From an uncultured Candidatus Saccharibacteria bacterium (GTDB lineage Bacteria; Patescibacteriota; Minisyncoccia; Minisyncoccales; JAGGXC01): a stretch of DNA of 63,061 nt. A model generated the notes under the pieces. The model saw only the letters and a list, made by a program, of their open reading frames with translations, made no database searches and was not told the origin of the DNA. The stretch spans positions 1-63,061 of the forward strand of contig CAYUNN010000007.1 of NCBI GenBank assembly GCA_964445905.1, in the 5' to 3' direction. Both the position numbers and the translations under genes were made by a program. Of this stretch, positions 38,017-45,106 are shown in pieces (the first letter of the stretch is position 1; each line of letters starts with the position of its first letter).

Positions 38017-38661
38017 TCACTCTAACAAATTTATATTCTTAACTGAAACATATTCTCCCTCTCTTGTCCCAAAAACAAAAACTTTTTCTCCGATTAAACT
38101 ATTATCAATAAATGGTTCGCAATTATTTTCTCCCATAAAATCACACTTTGTTTCTTTGTTAAAAACAAGCATAACGCTTAAGCCTGGTGCACCAGGCTCT
38201 TCGTACGATAAGTACCAACCCTCATTAAGACCAGGCATATCTTTTACTAAATTACCTCTCTGACTAAAACTTACTTCTTGTCCTTTCTCTACCGAAAAAC
38301 ACTCCCCTCCTTTACACTTACATTCATTTTCTAAACAAAAAGAATCAACTGAATCTATTTGAAGACACTCCAGGTTATCTGAATCAGCATAAAAAACAAT
38401 TGTCTCGTTAACACAAATATTATGATATTCTTTTTCTCTAGAAACTAAAAGGGTATCACAGCAAATACAATCAGAATCATTTTGACAAGTTATTGGTAAA
38501 AAATCCTTTTTTTCTGGTATTTCAAATTCTGAAAATTCAGATCTAACCTTCTCAATTTCTTCATAAGTTAATTTGAATTGGAAATAACTAATCATTCCTA
38601 CCGCTATTGCTAAAATTAAAATAATAAAGATGGCTATTTCTGTAGATATTTGTTTGTTCAT
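38017..38661 (-). CDS. Hypothetical Cys-rich signal-anchored protein
   Basis: N-terminal TM helix and multiple Cys clusters (CQNDSDCICCD, CKCKGGEC). Confidence 0.45.
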   Translation of the reverse strand: MNKQISTEIAIFIILILAIAVGMISYFQFKLTYEEIEKVRSEFSEFEIPEKKDFLPITCQNDSDCICCDTLLVSREKEYHNICVNETIVFYADSDNLECLQIDSVDSFCLENECKCKGGECFSVEKGQEVSFSQRGNLVKDMPGLNEGWYLSYEEPGAPGLSVMLVFNKETKCDFMGENNCEPFIDNSLIGEKVFVFGTREGEYVSVKNINLLE

Positions 38662-38724
38662 TTTATTTATAAATAAAAGTTTATTATCCTATTTTAATAC
38701 AAAAATCACTATCGTCAAAGAATA

Positions 38725-39906
38725 TTATTGAATTACCTTAAATTCTTTTTTAATTTCCATTATCCGATCAAAAGATTCAGAGATTCTCCCTTCTGAAATC
38801 TTTCCATCCTTTACTGCCCTATAAATAATTTCTTTAACTTCACGAGCTAAATTTTCGTTAAATTCTTCCGGTCTATTATTTGAAAATAAAAGAATATCGC
38901 ACCCGGAATTTATTGTTTTTATTATTGCTTCTTCAAAGCCATAATTATCAGAAATAGCTCCCATCTGCATATCGTCTGATATAATAAGACCATTAAAACC
39001 AATTTCTTCTCTTAGCAATTTATTCAAAAAATTATAGGAAAGGGTTGCAGGATATTCTTCGTCTACTTCCTTGTTAATAATATGGGCTGTCATTACTGCG
39101 CCAAGCAATCCTTTTTCTTGAAGATTGATATAAGGAAATAATTCTTCTTCTTTAAAAGTGTCCGTTACGTCTACTAATCCTAAATGACTATCGGAAAAAG
39201 AACTACCATGACCGGGAAAATGTTTAACTACAGCAATGATATTGTTCTGAGCATGACCTTCTATAAAAGCCTGAGCATGTAATATTACTTCTTGGTAATC
39301 AGAAGAAAAAGAACGTCCAAGTCTTCCGATGACTGGGTTATCGGAATTAATATTAACATCAATTACTGGAGCAAAATTTATGTTGAAGCCAACTTCTTGA
39401 AGTTGCTTAGAAAGTTTAAATGATTCTTCTTTGGTAAATTTATAATCTCCAATTTTGCCTAATTTTTCAGCAGAATAAAAATCAAAAAAACCATATTCTG
39501 GTTTTAATCTATTTACCTTCCCGCCTTCTGCGTCAACTGCAATAAATAAAGGAATAGAAGAATGGCTTTGAAGACCAGAAATAAGATCTTTTGTTTGTTT
39601 TGGACTTATAATATTTCTTGGAAAGCTCTCCGAAGGAATATCATAATCGAACAAAACCACTCCCCCAATCTTCACTTCTTCAATAATCTTTACAATAATT
39701 GAATCTTCATTTAATTCTGTTCCGCGAAATCCTATAATTATCATTTGGCCTATCTTTTCTTCTAATTCTCCTTTTTCTATAAAATTACTTTCATAAACTT
39801 TTGGCTCACCATTGCAATCGCAAGACAAATCATCTTTAAATAAAAAAATAAACAAAGAAAAAGAAACAATCAATAATATTAAAAGTAATATTTTATTTAT
39901 ATTCAT
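38725..39906 (-). CDS. nagZ: Beta-N-acetylhexosaminidase (GH3, NagZ-like), signal-anchored
   Basis: GGVVLF, VDAEGG, KHFPGHG, ISDDMQMGA. Confidence 0.82.
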   Translation of the reverse strand: MNINKILLLILLIVSFSLFIFLFKDDLSCDCNGEPKVYESNFIEKGELEEKIGQMIIIGFRGTELNEDSIIVKIIEEVKIGGVVLFDYDIPSESFPRNIISPKQTKDLISGLQSHSSIPLFIAVDAEGGKVNRLKPEYGFFDFYSAEKLGKIGDYKFTKEESFKLSKQLQEVGFNINFAPVIDVNINSDNPVIGRLGRSFSSDYQEVILHAQAFIEGHAQNNIIAVVKHFPGHGSSFSDSHLGLVDVTDTFKEEELFPYINLQEKGLLGAVMTAHIINKEVDEEYPATLSYNFLNKLLREEIGFNGLIISDDMQMGAISDNYGFEEAIIKTINSGCDILLFSNNRPEEFNENLAREVKEIIYRAVKDGKISEGRISESFDRIMEIKKEFKVIQ

Positions 39907-40566
39907 AGCTAATACAAAAATAACTTTATTAATTTAAGGTCCTTGATTATCCTGTTAACTATTTTCATGATAAATCATTTTAACAAAAAACGTCTGACTA
40001 AAAACGCTCCAAATTTATTATTAATTATACATTAAAAGGAGAAAAGGTTTTCTAAATAGAAAACCTTTTTATTGTGATTATTGCGGCAAATTAATTGTAT
40101 TAATTATTTTTATAGACAATTCTATCAGATTCAAGAAAAGTTCTTGAAGCGCAGAAAACACCGTTGGAAAAATAATCCATAATACAATTATAAGAACCGC
40201 GAGATGTAGTGGTTTCATGGGCAAAGAAAAGAACAGGAGTTATTTTAAACAGATGTGACTAGTATCTGCGAGATATGTACAAATAACACATCTCTATTCC
40301 TATTAATTTCTACAAATACTCCCACAAAACCTTTTTAAACTTTACAAAGAGCTATTGTTATTATAGCAAAGTAATTTATTTTCGTCAATAATTATAAAAT
40401 CACTTTTTTTGCGAAATAATTTTTTTACAAGAACCGCCAAGCAATTTTAGAATTTTTAAATAAATTTATTTAAACCTAAATTAATATTAAATCAGGTAAG
40501 GAAACTATTAAAGTTGATCTGGCTTATCGCTAAGCTGCTATTCATTATTAGCAATAATAATATTGA

Positions 40567-41547
40567 TCATTCGCATCTACAATAAGCCCAACGTTGATAA
40601 TAAGGTCCACATCTCCAACCAAAGTTCTGAGTTAAAGGAGTGTTGATATTGCCCGTACTCTCCAAGCAACCAGCCGCATTCCGATTCCAATAATGCCCAT
40701 CGTTACAAGTAGCATTTAATCCAATACTCTTAGCTTCAAGACCAAGTTCCGCACATCTTGCTGAACACGATAACCATTCTCTCCAGTTATCATCTTGACA
40801 TGTGCCACAACTTAAATAACAAGGTGCGCATCCCTCATTTTTAACTCCTTGTTCACTGGCAGAAAAAAAGCCCCCTCCTTCCAACTCAGCCCAAACACAA
40901 TATAAGCTTCGATCACTAGCATTGCTTGCAACGCAATAATTTACACCTGCAATATTATTGCATTCACTGTTTCCTCCCCCTGGATCTTTTGGCCAGAGAG
41001 CTAAATGATCAGGAGTTGGATTCTCTCCGAGTGCCATCCTGTCGCTGATTCCTGATTCAGAAATTAACTCAGGATACTCTTCGTTGATAACGTAATACAT
41101 TTCCATAGCCCACATGATATGCCTAATGTCAGATTTCCTTCTTGCGTCTCTTGTGCCTAAATACTCCAAGGAAGTAGAATATACTTTTATTCTTGTTTTG
41201 TTCTCGTTTTCATACCCAATCATATATCTTTCTCCCGGGCTTGGATCCTCGGGAAGCTGAGCGATAAAGATGGGGACCAGTTCGTCTTCGCATTCGGAAA
41301 CATCTACAACTTGATTATAACCAGGAACACAATCAGGATATCTCCCTTTATTTTCTATTTGATAGATATAAAATGCGTTTCCTATAGAATTAATATGTCC
41401 TTCCCTGGTAGTATTCCTTGCTTGCTCAAACTGACGAACAGGATTAATGGCTATTATTGCCACTGCAGTAATAATAGCAAGAATGCCAATAACAAGAACT
41501 ATTTCTATTAATGTAAAACCTTTACTTTTAGATAAAAATAATTTCAC
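40567..41547 (-). CDS. Composite type IV pilin-like protein (prepilin leader + two pilin-type head segments + Cys-rich tail)
   Basis: Class III signal KSKG/FTLIEIVLVIGILAI. The internal RDARRKSDIRHIMWAMEMYY and YCVWAELEGGGFFSASEQG duplicate the core of the 141-aa pilin at 43526-43951. The last ~80 aa are Cys-rich. Confidence 0.8.
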   Translation of the reverse strand: MKLFLSKSKGFTLIEIVLVIGILAIITAVAIIAINPVRQFEQARNTTREGHINSIGNAFYIYQIENKGRYPDCVPGYNQVVDVSECEDELVPIFIAQLPEDPSPGERYMIGYENENKTRIKVYSTSLEYLGTRDARRKSDIRHIMWAMEMYYVINEEYPELISESGISDRMALGENPTPDHLALWPKDPGGGNSECNNIAGVNYCVASNASDRSLYCVWAELEGGGFFSASEQGVKNEGCAPCYLSCGTCQDDNWREWLSCSARCAELGLEAKSIGLNATCNDGHYWNRNAAGCLESTGNINTPLTQNFGWRCGPYYQRWAYCRCE

Positions 41548-41610
41548 TTTAATATAGTAATTGTTAGTAAAATATTAATTACTTTACTCTACCAAAAAAT
41601 CACCCCTATT

Positions 41611-41670
41611 ACGAGGTGGATTTTCTTTGCAGGGATTACCGGACGATTTTCGAACTTTTGAGTGGGTGGA
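41611..41670. repeat. tRNA-Asp-3'-end-derived repeat, copy D
   Basis: gattttctttgcagggattaccggacgattttcgaacttttgagtgggtgga; 48/52 identical to copy C (42307-42358). Confidence 0.85.
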
Positions 41671-41692
41671 TTTTAGTGGGAATTATGAAAAT

Positions 41693-41948
41693 TTATTCAA
41701 TTTTATTTGATTTTTTAAGATCATGTTTACCGCAAAGAATTTGGATATTTTTAGAATCAGAGCTTGGTCCTTCTTTAGAAAAAAAGGGGGAAGACATGGT
41801 CAAAATGTAAATTTTCAGTTGTTCTAAATTTTACACATTTGCCACTATCTCTTTCCCAAACAATCTTTTTAGTTTCTGTACAGAACAATACTAGAACCTG
41901 GTCAGTAAAGATAAAATAATATTTATTTATTTTTATCTTCGTTTCCAC
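41693..41948 (-). pseudogene. HNH endonuclease-like remnant, frameshifted in an A7/T7 run
   Basis: One frame gives ...WERDSGKCVKFRTTENLHFDHVFP then a stop. The adjacent frame gives SKEGPSSDSKNIQILCGKHDLKKSNKIE*. Joined, they fit the HNH pattern C..(C)...H.DH..P....G....N...LC..(C/H)..K. The homopolymer is at 41779-41785. Confidence 0.55.
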
Positions 41949-42012
41949 TTTTTTTTAAAAAACCCCTTTCTTCTAATATTCTTCTATCTTCTTTTCCTCT
42001 TTCATCTTTTTC

Positions 42013-42267
42013 TTACAAATCGTATGATCTACTCACGCTTGAATTAAAAATATTAGGGCCAACTCCTATTCTTTTTCTTTCTAAATCAGACTGGCTTAGA
42101 TATGCAAAAATATATATTATCATCAATAATACAAATGCAATAATAAAAAAATAAATATTTTCATTAAGTACCGAAAAAATCAAAAAACGAAAACTAATTA
42201 TACCTATCCCTATTATGATAATAAAGAATTTCCAATCTCTTTTAAATCCGTATTTTAAACTTTTCAT
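42013..42267 (-). CDS. Hypothetical small membrane protein
   Basis: MKSLKYGFKRDWKFFIIIIG... with 2 TM helices. The ORF is open to GTG 42291. Confidence 0.4.
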   Translation of the reverse strand: MKSLKYGFKRDWKFFIIIIGIGIISFRFLIFSVLNENIYFFIIAFVLLMIIYIFAYLSQSDLERKRIGVGPNIFNSSVSRSYDL

Positions 42268-42298
42268 TATTTTATTCTGCCAAAAAACCACATCTAAT

Positions 42299-42358
42299 AC
42301 AAGGCAGATTTTCTTTGCGGGGACTAGCGGACGATTTTCGAACCTTTGAGTGGGTGGA
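42299..42358. repeat. tRNA-Asp-3'-end-derived repeat, copy C
   Basis: gattttctttgcggggactagcggacgattttcgaacctttgagtgggtgga, ending 1 nt before the receiver-protein stop codon. Confidence 0.85.
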
Positions 42359-42359
42359 A

Positions 42360-42725
42360 TTAAATTATTTCTTTTTTAATAGCTTTAACAAGATTATTAA
42401 AAGTTGTTTTTGACTTTGTTAAATAATTAGAAACTCCAAGTCCTAAAGCTTCCTGTATATCAGACTTCATTTCAAGCTGAGAAATGACTATTACTGGTAT
42501 GTCATTTATTTTTTTTGAATAATTAAGATTTTTTAAAATATCAAAACCATTAATACCAGGAAGAATTAAATCAAGCAAAATTAAATCAGGCTTTTCTTTA
42601 TTGATAATCTTTATTGCCTCTAAACCTTCTTCTAGCATGATAATTTTATAACCAATCTCTTCTAGCTTGTACTTTAAAAGCCTAACTAAAAATTTATCAT
42701 CTTCAATAAGTAATATTTTTTTCAT
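42360..42725 (-). CDS. Stand-alone response regulator receiver domain (CheY-like)
   Basis: KILLIEDD, PDLILLDLILPG (phospho-acceptor Asp), and VIVIS...K in the expected positions. 121 aa. Confidence 0.8.
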   Translation of the reverse strand: MKKILLIEDDKFLVRLLKYKLEEIGYKIIMLEEGLEAIKIINKEKPDLILLDLILPGINGFDILKNLNYSKKINDIPVIVISQLEMKSDIQEALGLGVSNYLTKSKTTFNNLVKAIKKEII

Positions 42726-42730
42726 AATTG

Positions 42731-43198
42731 CTAAAAATTAATTTCAGTAAAAGAAACTTTTCCATCTTTAATATTATCGTTTTTTAAGTCAAGAATTTTT
42801 AACTTTTTGCTTTTTACTTTAAAAATAGCATAGTCTTGATTCCAAAGATTTATCAGGGGAGGCCAAAAATCTTTCATTTCTCCTGCTACTTTTGCCAACC
42901 TTGTTAATGCTTTCTCTATCTCTTTTTCTGACTTAAGGAGTTTAGCTTCTCCAAATCCATGAACTAGAATTTTTTTGTATTCCCAAATAGAAAAATCAAT
43001 ACTTTTATTTTTCATTAACACTTTAACCTTGTTACTTTTAACTCCAGTAGCAAAATAAAAATTGAAATCTTTATCAACGGCAAAAATTAAGATAGATGAC
43101 CTGGGCACTCTTCCCGAGCTAATCGCAATAGACATAACTGGCTGATTTCTTAAAAAATTCAAAATTTCTTTTTTTGTATATTTTTTTCTCATAGACAT
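42731..43198 (-). CDS. Pyridoxamine 5'-phosphate oxidase-like (FMN-binding split-barrel) family protein
   Basis: Size and pattern fit the family (N-terminal KKEILNFLRNQPVMSIAISS...FYFAT...K...L). Assignment is tentative. Confidence 0.4.
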   Translation of the reverse strand: MSMRKKYTKKEILNFLRNQPVMSIAISSGRVPRSSILIFAVDKDFNFYFATGVKSNKVKVLMKNKSIDFSIWEYKKILVHGFGEAKLLKSEKEIEKALTRLAKVAGEMKDFWPPLINLWNQDYAIFKVKSKKLKILDLKNDNIKDGKVSFTEINF

Positions 43199-43328
43199 GG
43201 TTTCAATTTACTGCTTCTATTTTCTAAAACAATAGTTAATTTATTTTATAAAAAACTTGGTTATATTAAGAAAAATTGTACCATCCTAAAAAAAGAGTAA
43301 TTAATTTAAACCTTTACTTTATTATATC

Positions 43329-43405
43329 AAAATACCGCCTTCAAAATAAGGCGGTATTATCCACAAGTGATGCGGGGACTACCGGACGATTTTCGAACTT
43401 TTAAC
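43329..43405. repeat. tRNA-Asp-3'-end-derived repeat, copy B (terminator + tRNA 3' fragment)
   Basis: 43329-43387 is 57/59 identical to 49142-49200. 43371-43402 matches copies C and D. Confidence 0.92.
43332..43357 (-). terminator. Copy of the tRNA-Asp terminator hairpin
   Basis: ataccgcc-ttcaaaataa-ggcggtat, identical to 49145-49170. Confidence 0.6.
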
Positions 43406-43525
43406 TGGACAAATTCTAAAATGAGTCATGAAAAATTAATAAAATTAATTTTTTACATTAACTAGAATTATAAACTATTTTTTGCCAATTTTTTAGGTTA
43501 TATCCTGATTAAACCAGTTATTATA

Positions 43526-43951
43526 TTACCAGCAACAACCAGTTGTTGTTTCAATCTCACGTGTCCCTTTTTCACTGGCAGCATAAAAATCACCTTCTTC
43601 TAAATCAACGTAAATACAATACCATTGCCTACCTCCTTTTCCACCACATGAATTGCTATTGTTCAGCCAATTATAATTGCCGCCCTGCGGATCTTCGGGT
43701 ATAGGATTTAAATAACTACCAACAGCAGTGGGCGTAGCAAAACCAGCTTGAACATAGTACTGATTATCATCATAGAACATTTCCATGGCCAAATTAATTT
43801 GTCTAATATCTGATTTCCTTCTTGCATCTCTTGCTTTCGCTCTTGCTCCCCCCAAAGAGACTAAAACAATTGAAGCCAAAACGCCAATGATAGCAATGAC
43901 TACTAATAATTCAATCAATGTAAAACCTTTTTGTTTAGCTGTTTTAATCAT
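43526..43951 (-). CDS. Type IV pilin (prepilin with class III signal)
   Basis: MIKTAKQKG/FTLIELLVVIAIIGVLASI, a conserved Glu at position 5 of the mature protein, and C-terminal Cys residues. 141 aa. Confidence 0.88.
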   Translation of the reverse strand: MIKTAKQKGFTLIELLVVIAIIGVLASIVLVSLGGARAKARDARRKSDIRQINLAMEMFYDDNQYYVQAGFATPTAVGSYLNPIPEDPQGGNYNWLNNSNSCGGKGGRQWYCIYVDLEEGDFYAASEKGTREIETTTGCCW

Positions 43952-44068
43952 AATTTTTATTATCTATTACTTTTTTCATTTTACCTTAATTCAAAAAAGA
44001 AATAAATACTTTTAAGTTAAATTTTTTTATAAAATTATTCTTTATACTTTCTTTCTTGTTTCTTTTAT

Positions 44069-45106
44069 TTATTTTTTTATTTTTTTCAAAATATCTTCAT
44101 ATTTTTTAGCAACACTGTCCCAGTCAAATTCCTTACTCCTTTGATTGGCTTGTTCGCCCATTATTTTTCTTGAAAAAATATCTTCTTTTAATAATTTTGC
44201 TTTTTCTTTAAATTCATTAAAATTCTGGACAACAAATCCTGTTTTATTGTTTAAAACAATTTTTGGCATTTCTTCTATTTCATATAAAATACTTGGCTTG
44301 CCACAAGCACCTGCCTCTAAAAAAATTAATCCAAAACACTCCCATTCAGACGCAGAAACAAAAAAAGAACATTCTTGATAATTCTTAATTAATTCTTTTC
44401 TTTTCCTTGAAACCATTCCTAAAAAATTAACAGGCGCGTTTAATTTTTTAGCAATTTTTTTTAATTTCTTTTCCTCTGAACCATACCCGATAACATTCAA
44501 GGGGAAATCTATCTCTTTGCTTATTTTTATTAATTGTTCAACTCTTTTATGTTTTTCCAGCCTACCCACGTAAAGCATATAATTTTCATCTTTCCAATTT
44601 ACTTTGAACAACTTAGTATCTACCCCATTTGAAATTAAAACAGGAAGAGAATTAATCTTTTTTGCTTTTTCTTTTAAAAATTCAGAAATACAAATAATTT
44701 TTTTGTTTTTTAATTTTCTTTCAAAAAAAATCACAATAAATTTCCGGAAAATATTTTTTGTAGGAGGAGAACCATGCCATGTATATACAACTTCGAAGTT
44801 ATTTGTAGCAGGAGAAAGCCCTACATGATGAACGTTGATTATATCAAATCTTATCTTTTTATTTAATTCCTCTATTTCCCTTCTCAAATTTTTTATATTT
44901 TTAAAATAAAGAAAATCTTTTAATTTTCCACTAAATAATTTTGGAATTTTAATTTTTATAAACTTAAAATTATCTTCTTTAATATTTGTTTCTCCGGCAA
45001 GAACAAAAACTTGATGCTTTCTTCCAAGCCTTTTAGCTAGTTCATATATTACAGTATCTACCCCTCTTCCCTCAAAAAAAGTATCATTAATAAAAGCTAC
45101 CTTCAT
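44069..45106 (-). CDS. GT-B glycosyltransferase (GT4/group 1 family)
   Basis: E-x7-E motif (EWECFGLIFLEAGACGKP) and overall GT4 layout. Overlaps the upstream OST gene by 4 nt. Confidence 0.75.
   Translation of the reverse strand: MKVAFINDTFFEGRGVDTVIYELAKRLGRKHQVFVLAGETNIKEDNFKFIKIKIPKLFSGKLKDFLYFKNIKNLRREIEELNKKIRFDIINVHHVGLSPATNNFEVVYTWHGSPPTKNIFRKFIVIFFERKLKNKKIICISEFLKEKAKKINSLPVLISNGVDTKLFKVNWKDENYMLYVGRLEKHKRVEQLIKISKEIDFPLNVIGYGSEEKKLKKIAKKLNAPVNFLGMVSRKRKELIKNYQECSFFVSASEWECFGLIFLEAGACGKPSILYEIEEMPKIVLNNKTGFVVQNFNEFKEKAKLLKEDIFSRKIMGEQANQRSKEFDWDSVAKKYEDILKKIKK

Noticed and set aside
41616-41810. 64-aa plus-strand ORF between the large pilin and the 92-aa ORF
   Set aside because: It is built from repeat copy D and the antisense strand of the HNH remnant, so those two features explain the sequence better.
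41611-43405. Repeat copies B, C and D as functional tRNA genes or as a CRISPR-like array
   Set aside because: Only the last ~17 nt of a tRNA is present and no cloverleaf can be drawn. The spacings (~0.7, ~1.0 and ~5.8 kb) are irregular and filled with genes, so this is not a CRISPR array.
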